Of a stretch of 19,128 nt of DNA, positions 9,123 through 17,233 are shown in pieces. The stretch is taken from positions 6,963 to 26,090 of the forward strand of contig CAZZXB010000025.1 in NCBI GenBank assembly GCA_964658025.1, in the 5' to 3' direction. A model generated the notes under the pieces. It ran no database searches, was not told where the DNA came from, and saw only the letters and a list, made by a program, of their open reading frames with translations. This stretch comes from an uncultured Janthinobacterium sp. (GTDB lineage Bacteria > Vulcanimicrobiota > Vulcanimicrobiia > Vulcanimicrobiales > Vulcanimicrobiaceae). Within the stretch, counting starts at the first letter, position 1; each line of letters opens with the position of its first letter. The position numbers and the translations under genes were made by a program.

Positions 9123-9719
9123 CTGGCCGACGAGACGCGGATCGTCTCGGGTCTGGGAAATCCGGGCGCGACGTACGAGCGGACGCGCCACAACATCGGC
9201 TTCCGCGTCGTGGACGAGGTGCTCCGGCGCCTCGCCCCGACCGCGAGCTGGAAGACGAAAGACGGCGCGGCGCAGGCACACGTGGCCTCCGCCCGCGTCG
9301 TGCTCGTGAAGCCGCTTTCGTACATGAACGAGAGCGGCACCCCGCTCCAACGCGTCGCGCGCTGGTGGAAAACGCCCGCCGAACGGATCCTCGTCGTGAG
9401 CGACGATCTCGATCTGCCGTTCGGGCGCCTACGGATGCGCGCGAACGGCGGCAGCGGCGGCCACAACGGGCTCAAGTCCGTCATCGCGCACTTCGGCGAG
9501 ACGTTCCCGCGTCTGCGCGTCGGCATCGGCCGCGGGCGCACCGATACGATCGATTACGTCCTCTCGAATTTCAGCGGCGACGAAGAAGCGTCGCTCGGTG
9601 CCGTGATCGGCGTCGCGGCCGACGGCGTGGAGCGTTGGCTCGCGGGCGACCCGGTCGCCGCGATCCAACTCGTCAACGCGTGGCGCCGTCCGGACGCGGG
9701 GACGCCCGCCGCTTCGTAG
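9123..9719 (+). CDS. pth: Peptidyl-tRNA hydrolase (probable CTG start)
   Basis: GLGNPG..YERTRHNIGF lies upstream of the ORF-track GTG at 9210. Also KPLSYMNESG, DDLDLP, GGHNGLKS and RLRVGIGR. The only plausible start is CTG 9123, right after the rplY TAA. Confidence 0.95.
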   Translation: MADETRIVSGLGNPGATYERTRHNIGFRVVDEVLRRLAPTASWKTKDGAAQAHVASARVVLVKPLSYMNESGTPLQRVARWWKTPAERILVVSDDLDLPFGRLRMRANGGSGGHNGLKSVIAHFGETFPRLRVGIGRGRTDTIDYVLSNFSGDEEASLGAVIGVAADGVERWLAGDPVAAIQLVNAWRRPDAGTPAAS

Positions 9720-10299
9720 CGCGCGCGGGCGCGCGTTTCGCGCGGAAACACCCGGCGAGATGATCGTCGACGAGACCCGTCGCCTGCATGAACGCGTACG
9801 CGATCGTCGGTCCGAAAAAACGGATGCCGCGGCCGCGCATGTCGCGCGAGAACGCTTCGGCGAGCGGCGTGAGCGCCGGAACGTCCGTCATGGCGCGCGG
9901 TCGGTTCACGATCGGTTCGCCGTTCACGAACGACCAGACGTAGGCGTCGAGGCTGCCGAATTCGCGTCGCAGCGCGAGGGCGACGTTCGCGTTGCCGATC
10001 GCCGAGCGGATCTTCGCGCGATTGCGCACGATGCCGGGATCCGCGAGCAAGCGCGCGACGTCGCGCTCGTCGAACGCGGCGACGCGCGCGATCTCGAAGT
10101 TCGCGAAGACCGCGCGGTACCGTTCGCGTTTCGCGAGGATCGTCTCCCACGAGAGGCCCGCCTGCGCGCCCTCGAGGACGACGAATTCGAAGAGCGCGCG
10201 ATCGTCGTGCAGCGGCGTGCCCCACTCCGCGTCGTGATAGGCGATCGATGCGGGCGTGCGCGCCCACGGGCAACGCACGACGCCGTCGTTCAGCGACAC
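9673..10299 (-). CDS. tag: DNA-3-methyladenine glycosylase I
   Basis: RCPW..YHDAEWG, LEGAQAGLSWETILAKR, IVRNRAKI and FMQATGLVDDHLAGCF (Zn ligands C,H...H,C). Start is GTG 10299, overlapping the upstream stop, or GTG 10278. Confidence 0.95.
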   Translation of the reverse strand: MSLNDGVVRCPWARTPASIAYHDAEWGTPLHDDRALFEFVVLEGAQAGLSWETILAKRERYRAVFANFEIARVAAFDERDVARLLADPGIVRNRAKIRSAIGNANVALALRREFGSLDAYVWSFVNGEPIVNRPRAMTDVPALTPLAEAFSRDMRGRGIRFFGPTIAYAFMQATGLVDDHLAGCFRAKRAPARATKRRASPRPDGATR

Positions 10300-11543
10300 G
10301 GATCGGGCGTGCGGTTCGCGCGCGCGACGCGCGTGCCGATCGGCGGCGAGTTGAAGAAGTAGAGCCGCGCCGCCGTCGACGGGCAGATCGGCGCGAGCGT
10401 TTCGTCCGCGATCCGCACGTAGGCGCGCACGGCGGAGACGCGGTCGCGCGTGAGCGCGAGCGCGTAGGCGTCGGCGCGGGATTCGATGTTGCGCGAGTAG
10501 GCGTTGTAGATCGGCACGAGCGCGAGCGCGACGAGCGCCATAAAACCGAAGACGAGCGTGAGGCGCGAGAGCGCGTCGTCGTCGCGTCGGAACGGCAGGC
10601 GATCGGCGAGGGACACGGCGATCGCGATCGCGAGGATGAACAGCGACGTCCAGAAGAGCGAGAGTCGGAAATCGTCGCCGTGCGCGTAATGACCGAACTC
10701 GCGTGCCGTGACGAAGAGGATCTCGCCGCGCGTCGCGTTCGCGAGCAGCGCGTCGCCGAGGACGACGCGCTTGGTGGGACCGAAGCCCGCGATATCCGCG
10801 ACGATCGAACGCGAGCGACGCGAGAGATCGGCGACCTCGATCGGCGCGCCGTAGATCCCCGCGCGCCGCGCGAGCGCGTCGAGCGGCGCGCGGATGCGCG
10901 CGTGTTGCGGTAACGGCTCGAGCCGGTTGAAGAGCGGCGCGATCGTGACGGGCTCGACGAACGCGAGCAGGAGCGTCGCGACGAACAGCCCCGCCATCGC
11001 GAAGAGATACCAGAGCCGCGTCCGATCGACGAGCGCGAAGACCGCCGCGACGGTCGCGCCCACGACGAACGCGTCGATCGTCGCACCGACGAATCCGTCG
11101 CGTATCCACGCGCCGACGGGCTCGACGCCCGAACCGAACGCGCCGTCGACGCGAAAGCGCGCGATCGACGCGGGGAGGGACGCGAACGCCGAGAGATACG
11201 TGAGCGACGCACCGTAGACGAAGCGGAGCGCGACGACCGAGCGGATCCGACGTCGCATCGCATCGCGCAGACGCGCGGCGCTCCCCGTCGACCACAGGTA
11301 GAAGAATCCGAGCGCCTGCGAGAGCACCCAGGCGAAGAACAGGATGTAGCTGAGCGAACGCGCGTGCTTCGCGACGCGCTGCTTGCGCATGTCCACGAGC
11401 GCCGAGGCCGGTTCGCGCACGAGCCGCGCCGCGGGGATCGCGGAGACGCGCGCGTCGACGGGCGCGAGCGCGGCGCGTGCCGGAAGCGCGGGCACGCTCG
11501 CGCCCGCCGCGAACACGGCGAGGCAGAGGACGAAGCGTCTCAG
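10290..11543 (-). CDS. Ste24/M48-family membrane metallopeptidase homologue, probably catalytically inactive
   Basis: Multiple TM helices, IAPLFN, GFGPTKRVVLGDALL and ESRADAYA. HEXXH is replaced by REFGH. Start is CTG 11543 (complete signal peptide) or GTG 11516. Confidence 0.85.
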   Translation of the reverse strand: MRRFVLCLAVFAAGASVPALPARAALAPVDARVSAIPAARLVREPASALVDMRKQRVAKHARSLSYILFFAWVLSQALGFFYLWSTGSAARLRDAMRRRIRSVVALRFVYGASLTYLSAFASLPASIARFRVDGAFGSGVEPVGAWIRDGFVGATIDAFVVGATVAAVFALVDRTRLWYLFAMAGLFVATLLLAFVEPVTIAPLFNRLEPLPQHARIRAPLDALARRAGIYGAPIEVADLSRRSRSIVADIAGFGPTKRVVLGDALLANATRGEILFVTAREFGHYAHGDDFRLSLFWTSLFILAIAIAVSLADRLPFRRDDDALSRLTLVFGFMALVALALVPIYNAYSRNIESRADAYALALTRDRVSAVRAYVRIADETLAPICPSTAARLYFFNSPPIGTRVARANRTPDPCR

Positions 11544-11619
11544 GGCGTTACGATCCGGTCTCCGACGAATCGCGAGCGATGCGGTACGCTCGTGCGGAGA
11601 CGTGACGCGAGCGTTCGGA

Positions 11620-12402
11620 TCACCCCGCGAGTGCCGCGGTTTGGTGGTCGGCGCGGATCTCGACGTTGGAACGCTCGGGCCCGTTTTCGTCGACGCCCGC
11701 GCGGCGACGCGCGGCGACGGGATTGCGCACCGTCACGTAGCGCGGACACTCGGGGCCGTTGGGTTCGTTACAGTACCCGCGCACGCACGTCGCGCCCGCG
11801 CGCACGAAGAGCGCGGGTGCCGCGCGCTTCGCGAGTCGTAACATCGCGAACGCGAGTTCGCGGATCTCCCACTGCGCGTTATTGCACGTCCGCAGCGTGA
11901 AGAAGTCCAGGAGCGCGCGCGCGTTCGCCGTGATCACGATCTGCGTTTCGGCGGCGTTAGGGAGGACGAAGCGCGCGTCTTCCGCCGGCGTCCCGGCGGC
12001 GAGTGCCTCCGCGTAGAACGCGGCGATCTGCGCCTGCAACGCGTCGAACTTCGCGTGGATCTCCGGCCGCGCTTCGATCGAGGGCGGCGTGACGTAGGCG
12101 TACTGCCCTCTGACTTTGATGTAGCGTTGACTCTTCTGTTCGTACGACATGTGACGGTGACGGACGAGCTGGTGCGTGAGCGCGCGCGACACGCCGCCGA
12201 CGCCGAACGAGAACATCGTGTGTTCGAAGGTCGAGAGATGACCCGCGTCGCGCACGCGATCGACCATCTTCACGATCTCGTCGTGCGACCAGTTCTCGTC
12301 GATCGACTCGACGTCGCGCGGGCTATAACAATTGCGCGCGGCCGTCGCGACCGCACGTTCGGGTTCGGGCGAATGCGAGAGCAGCACGACCTTGAGCGCC
12401 AT
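11620..12402 (-). CDS. thyX: Flavin-dependent thymidylate synthase
   Basis: GHLSTFEH, ThyX motif RHRHMSYEQKSQRY, EDARFVLP and AQWEIR. Confidence 0.96.
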   Translation of the reverse strand: MALKVVLLSHSPEPERAVATAARNCYSPRDVESIDENWSHDEIVKMVDRVRDAGHLSTFEHTMFSFGVGGVSRALTHQLVRHRHMSYEQKSQRYIKVRGQYAYVTPPSIEARPEIHAKFDALQAQIAAFYAEALAAGTPAEDARFVLPNAAETQIVITANARALLDFFTLRTCNNAQWEIRELAFAMLRLAKRAAPALFVRAGATCVRGYCNEPNGPECPRYVTVRNPVAARRRAGVDENGPERSNVEIRADHQTAALAG

Positions 12403-12505
12403 CCTCGCGACTTCGAGTCGCCGAGCCGACGCTCATCCCCGACCGCGATCGCCCGGTCCGCGAGATGCCGTACGGCGCGTCCGGATCTCCGCGCCTCCGC
12501 CCGCG

Positions 12506-13885
12506 CTACGCGCCGTTCGCGCTCGTCGCGTTCTTGCGCTCGAGCGTCCGTGCGGGATTTCCGACGACGAGGTCGCCCGCGGGGACGTCGCGGATGACGA
12601 CCGTCCCCGCGCCCGTCGCGGCGCCGTCGCCGATCGCGATCGGCGCGACGAGCGACGAATTCGAACCGATGAAGACGTCCTTGCCGATCGTCGTGCGGTG
12701 CTTGCGCGTCCCGTCGTAATTACAGGTGATCGTCCCCGCGCCGACGTTCGTGCGTTCGCCGATCTCCGCGTCGCCGAGATACGCGAGATGCGAGGCTTTC
12801 GCGCCCGGTGCGAGCGTCGCGTTCTTCACCTCGACGAAATTGCCCAGACGGACGCCCGTGCCGAGCGACGCGTTCGCGCGGACGTGCGCCCACGGTCCGA
12901 CGATCGCGAAATCGCCGATCGCGCTATCGACGACGATGCTGTCGGTCACGACCGTCTGCGCGCCGATCGTCGCGTTCTGCACGCGCGCGTTCGGTCCGAT
13001 CTCGCTCGAGGCGCCGACGCGCGAGCGGCGCCCGATCGTCGTGTTCGGAAGGATCGTCGCGTCGGCGGCGAGTTCGAGATCGGGTTCGAGATAGGTCGTC
13101 GCGGGATCGACGATCGTCACGCCCGCGCGCATGTGTCGCTCGCAGATCCGACGGTTGAGCGCCGCCGCCGCCGCCGCGAGTTCCACGCGATCGTTCACGC
13201 CGAGCACCGTTCGATAATCGCTCGCGACGACGGGGACGATCCGCTCGCCGCCGTTCGCGAAGCCCGCGATCGTGTCGGTGAGATAGTATTCGCCCTGCGC
13301 GTTGTCGTTGCGGAGTTCAGCGACGGCGCGACGGAGCTTCGCTTCGTCGTAGGCGTAGAGCCCCGCGTTCATCTCGTCGATCGCGAGCTCGTCGTTCGTC
13401 GCGTCGCGCGCTTCGACGATCCTCGCGACGCGTTCGCCGTCGCGAACGATGCGACCGAAATTCGACGGGAGCGGCATCCGCGCCGTGACGAGCGCGAGCG
13501 CGTGTTCGCGCGCGTCGATCGCCGCGCGCACGAGTTCGGCTTCGACGAGCGGCATGTCGCCGTTGAGGACGAGGATCGTTCCGCCGTCGCGCGCCGCCAT
13601 CGCGGCGAGCGCGATCTGCAACGCGTGGCCCGTGCCGAGTTGCGGTTCCTGGAGGACGGTCGCGACGGTCGCGTGGCCCGCGTCGTCCGCGAGCGCGGCG
13701 ACGTGCGGCGAGACGTCGCCGTTCGTCACGATGCTGACGTCGCTCACGCCCGCGTCGCGGAGCGCCCGCAGGACGTGCCAGAGCATCGGACGACCGCAGA
13801 GATCGTGCAAGACCTTCGGCCTCGCGCTCTTCATCCGCGTGCCTTTTCCGGCGGCGAGGACGACCGCCCGAACGTGGGCGCTCAT
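12506..13885 (-). CDS. glmU: Bifunctional UDP-GlcNAc pyrophosphorylase / glucosamine-1-phosphate N-acetyltransferase
   Basis: LAAGKGTRMKS, QLGTGHA, GEYYLTD, hexapeptide repeats, GNFVEVK, HLAYLGDA and NYDG. Confidence 0.97.
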   Translation of the reverse strand: MSAHVRAVVLAAGKGTRMKSARPKVLHDLCGRPMLWHVLRALRDAGVSDVSIVTNGDVSPHVAALADDAGHATVATVLQEPQLGTGHALQIALAAMAARDGGTILVLNGDMPLVEAELVRAAIDAREHALALVTARMPLPSNFGRIVRDGERVARIVEARDATNDELAIDEMNAGLYAYDEAKLRRAVAELRNDNAQGEYYLTDTIAGFANGGERIVPVVASDYRTVLGVNDRVELAAAAAALNRRICERHMRAGVTIVDPATTYLEPDLELAADATILPNTTIGRRSRVGASSEIGPNARVQNATIGAQTVVTDSIVVDSAIGDFAIVGPWAHVRANASLGTGVRLGNFVEVKNATLAPGAKASHLAYLGDAEIGERTNVGAGTITCNYDGTRKHRTTIGKDVFIGSNSSLVAPIAIGDGAATGAGTVVIRDVPAGDLVVGNPARTLERKNATSANGA

Positions 13886-13925
13886 CGCCCGCCCCGAGCG
13901 GGAACGACCGTCCGAAGACGCGCGG

Positions 13926-15449
13926 TCACGACACGCTCCCGGCGAGTTCCGCCTTCGCGGGCGCCGGCGTCACGAGCTCGCGACGCCACGTTTCGAGTTC
14001 GGCTTTCGAGGCGCCGCCGAGCGTCGCGAGCGCGCCGCGCATCCGTTCGCGGACGAGATCGCGACCGAGTAACGCCATGGAATCGAATAACGGTAACGAT
14101 TGCGCGCTTCCCGTGACCGAGACGTAGAGCGGACGGACCGCATCGCGCAATTTCGCACCCGAGATCTCCGCGATGCGGCGGACCGCGCCTTCGATCGTGG
14201 CGACGTCCCAATCCGCGAGCTCGTCGAAGGCGAATTGCGCGAGCACGAGCACGTGGCGCATCTCGCTCTCGGCGAGCTTCCCGCCGTCGAACGCCGAACG
14301 CGGCACGTCGATGCGGCCGGCGAAGAAGTGCGCGCAGAGCGGCCCGAGATCGGAGAGGCGTTCGATCCGTTTCTGCGCGAGCGCCGCGATCGTGCCGAGA
14401 CGCTCGGGTGCGAACGCCCAGGCGCCCGCGCGCGCGACGAGCGCGGGCGCGTCGATCGTCTCCCGCAGGTAGCGCGCGGAGAGCCAGTCGAGTTTCGCCA
14501 CGTCGAACACCGGGCCGCCGAGCGAGATGTGATCGATGCCGAAGCGCGCGACCATCGTCTCGAGATCCATCATCTCCTCGCCGTCGACCGGCGGAACGAA
14601 GAAGAGTCCGAGAAAATTCGTCAGCGCCTCGGGCAAGTATCCCATCGCGCGGTAGAAGAGAATTCCGGTCGGATTCTTGCGCTTGCTCAGTTTCGATCGA
14701 TCGGCGTTGCGTAAGAGCGGCAGGTGCGCGATGCGCGGCATCGTCCAGCCGAACGCTTCGTAGAGCAAGAGATGCTTGGGTGCCGAACTGATCCACTCTT
14801 CGCCGCGCATCACGTGCGTGATCTCCATGAGGTGATCGTCGACGACGTTCGCGAGATGGTAGGTCGGCCAGCCGTCGCTCTTCACGAGCACCTGCATGTC
14901 GACCGCGCTCCATTCGAACTCGATCGGGCCGCGCAGGAGATCGTCGACGATCGCGACGCCCTCGCGCGGGACGCGCAGGCGCACGACGAACGGCACGCCG
15001 TCCGCGAGTTCGCGCGCGATCGTCTCCGGCGCGAGCGAGACGCAGCGGCCGTCGTAGGCGGGCGGGAGATTTTTCGCGCGCTGCTCCGCGCGCATCGCGT
15101 CGAGCCGCTCGGAGGTGCAGAAGCAACGGAACGCGCGACCGTTCTCGAGCAGGATCTCCGCGTGACGCGCGTAGATCTCGAGCCGCTCGCTCTGCCGGTA
15201 CGGTCCGTGCGGACCGCCGACGTCGGGACCCTCATCCCACGACAGCCCGAGCCAGCGGAGCGCTTCGAGGATGACGGCCTCGGATGCGGGCGTGCTGCGA
15301 TTGCGATCGGTATCCTCGATGCGCAAGACGAAATCGCCGCCGTGGCGTTTGGCGAAACAATAATTAGCGAGCGCGACGTAGGCCGTGCCCACGTGCGGGT
15401 CTCCCGTCGGCGACGGCGCGACGCGGGTGCGGATGCGAGGTTCGGGCAC
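13926..15449 (-). CDS. gltX: Glutamate--tRNA ligase
   Basis: RTRVAPSPTGDPHVG (HIGH-like), LRIEDTD, RGEEW, KLSKR and an anticodon-binding domain. Start placed at GTG 15449, 2 nt after the upstream stop; 507 aa. Confidence 0.96.
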   Translation of the reverse strand: MPEPRIRTRVAPSPTGDPHVGTAYVALANYCFAKRHGGDFVLRIEDTDRNRSTPASEAVILEALRWLGLSWDEGPDVGGPHGPYRQSERLEIYARHAEILLENGRAFRCFCTSERLDAMRAEQRAKNLPPAYDGRCVSLAPETIARELADGVPFVVRLRVPREGVAIVDDLLRGPIEFEWSAVDMQVLVKSDGWPTYHLANVVDDHLMEITHVMRGEEWISSAPKHLLLYEAFGWTMPRIAHLPLLRNADRSKLSKRKNPTGILFYRAMGYLPEALTNFLGLFFVPPVDGEEMMDLETMVARFGIDHISLGGPVFDVAKLDWLSARYLRETIDAPALVARAGAWAFAPERLGTIAALAQKRIERLSDLGPLCAHFFAGRIDVPRSAFDGGKLAESEMRHVLVLAQFAFDELADWDVATIEGAVRRIAEISGAKLRDAVRPLYVSVTGSAQSLPLFDSMALLGRDLVRERMRGALATLGGASKAELETWRRELVTPAPAKAELAGSVS

Positions 15450-15451
15450 GA

Positions 15452-15874
15452 TCAGACCGCGAACTCCCGGCGTTTCCCGCACTCGGTCTCGACGAACGAG
15501 ACGATCTCCGCGAGCGGCGCGCCCGGCGTGAAGATCTCGCGGACGCCGAGCGCGCGTAGTTCGCGCGCGTCCGCCGGCGGGATCGTCCCGCCTCCGAAAA
15601 AGACGATGTCGCCCGCGTCCTGCGCGCGCAGTTGTTCGATGACCGCCGGAAAGAGCGTCATGTGCGCGCCCGAGAGGATCGAGAGCCCGATGCCGTCGAC
15701 GTCTTCCTGGATCGCGGTCTGGACGATCTGTTCGGGCGTTTGGAAGAGCCCCGTGTAGATCACTTCCATCCCGGCGTCGCGGAGCGCGCGGGCGATGACC
15801 TTGGCGCCGCGGTCGTGGCCGTCGAGACCGGCTTTCGCGACGATGACGCGCAGGGGACGTGGACCGGAAGACAT
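15452..15874 (-). CDS. icmB: Cobalamin-binding small subunit of an acyl-CoA mutase (IcmB-like)
   Basis: [14 protein letters not shown] (DxHxxG), [14 protein letters not shown] and FTPG in a stand-alone 140 aa domain. The symbol is inferred from the partner subunit. Confidence 0.8.
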   Translation of the reverse strand: MSSGPRPLRVIVAKAGLDGHDRGAKVIARALRDAGMEVIYTGLFQTPEQIVQTAIQEDVDGIGLSILSGAHMTLFPAVIEQLRAQDAGDIVFFGGGTIPPADARELRALGVREIFTPGAPLAEIVSFVETECGKRREFAV

Positions 15875-15959
15875 GACCGAACCGGTTCGCGACCGAGGCG
15901 CGAGAGCCCGTTCGGTCGGGCGACGCGGGCGCGGTCGGCCGGATATGGGTCGTTCGGCC

Positions 15960-16619
15960 CTACGACGGCGACGGCGCGGGTGCCGGTTCGGGCGACGTCT
16001 GCGCGTCGGGGACGAGCACCGCGAACGAGCGCCCCTTCTCGTAGATCACGTTCGAGTCGGCCGTGATGCCGCCCACGACGATCGTCGTGCCGCCCGCCGG
16101 GATCGAGAGCCCGGAGCGGCCCCGCGTATCGGCCGCGCTCACGGTCCCCGCCTCGTCGTCGGGGAGCCGGACGGCGATCGGCGCGCGTCCGGCGGGTCGG
16201 AGATCGACCACGCGCAGGCGCATCCGGCCGGGCCGTCGTCCGCGCGCGGATTCGGCGAAGGCCACGACGCCGTCGCCGGGCGTCCCGCTCGGCACGACCT
16301 TCCCCGCGATCGTCACGGGCGCCGTCGTCTCGAAGCCGAATTTCTGGCCGGACTGCGCGTCCTGCGACGAGAGGCGTTCGGTCAGGCGGACGTGGACGAC
16401 CGTGCCGCCGGGACCCATCTCGAAATCGACGATGGCGCACGCCGGAGGGGCGCTCGTGGCGACGGCGAGCCCGAGCAGGAACGAAGCGGCGACCATCCGT
16501 CCGACCGACGACCCGCGATCGGGCGCGACGCCGCGCGTGGGACGCGCGTCCGCCCGCCGGGCGACCGTCCCGAGAGACGGGATCCGCGCGCGCGTTCGGT
16601 TCGACGGACGAGCGCTCAC
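15960..16619 (-). CDS. Exported hypothetical protein with VirB10/TrbI-like beta domain (paralogue 2)
   Basis: GTGA overlap with the upstream gene (alternative ATG 16496). Hydrophobic segment [12 protein letters not shown], then [39 protein letters not shown]. Confidence 0.7.
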   Translation of the reverse strand: MSARPSNRTRARIPSLGTVARRADARPTRGVAPDRGSSVGRMVAASFLLGLAVATSAPPACAIVDFEMGPGGTVVHVRLTERLSSQDAQSGQKFGFETTAPVTIAGKVVPSGTPGDGVVAFAESARGRRPGRMRLRVVDLRPAGRAPIAVRLPDDEAGTVSAADTRGRSGLSIPAGGTTIVVGGITADSNVIYEKGRSFAVLVPDAQTSPEPAPAPSPS

Positions 16620-17233
16620 GGCGACGGCGTTACCGCGGGGACGGGGGTCGGCGGGATCGGGGCGGGCGCGGAACGCGGCGGGATCGTCACGAGCGTGAGC
16701 CGCGTCCCCGAATCGATCACGAGATCGCCCGTATGCGTCACGAGCGCGCCCGGGACGATGACGGGCACGATCGGCAACACGTACGGAATCACGTGCCGGT
16801 TCGCGTAGTGGCCGCGGATCGGTTTCGTATCCATGTTCACCCAGATCGCGTGCCCGTCGGGCGTCGCGATCGCGTCCGCGAGGAGCGCGAGCGATCCGTC
16901 GTGCCCCTTGCGCCCGGGCGTCACGGCGGCGACGCGACCCGTGCCGCGCGAGCCCGCGGGGAGCACGACGTCGCCGATCTTCTGCAATCCGACGGTCGCG
17001 AACGAGAACGTGTCGCCGACCTTCGCGGTCCCCGACGTCAGCGTCTCGCCGAGCGACGCCGCGATCTTCACGCCCGTCGGCACGGACGCCGCGGGGAGCG
17101 CGGCGGCCGGCGCGGGCGTCGAGGCGACGGTCGGCGAGAGGATCGGCATGAGCGTCGGCGCGCCGTACAACGCGGCGACGCTCGCGCCGAGCACGATGAG
17201 CCCGACGATCGCGGACGGATTAGTACGCGGCAC
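16616..17233 (-). CDS. Exported hypothetical protein with VirB10/TrbI-like beta domain (paralogue 1)
   Basis: Start overlaps the mutase 3' end by 14 nt. N-terminal TM/signal, P/A linker, then [57 protein letters not shown]. Confidence 0.75.
   Translation of the reverse strand: MPRTNPSAIVGLIVLGASVAALYGAPTLMPILSPTVASTPAPAAALPAASVPTGVKIAASLGETLTSGTAKVGDTFSFATVGLQKIGDVVLPAGSRGTGRVAAVTPGRKGHDGSLALLADAIATPDGHAIWVNMDTKPIRGHYANRHVIPYVLPIVPVIVPGALVTHTGDLVIDSGTRLTLVTIPPRSAPAPIPPTPVPAVTPSP

Noticed and set aside
10300..11295. Apparent 540 aa Tag fusion
   Set aside because: The upstream part is a shadow frame of the M48 gene. Tag homology begins near 10290.
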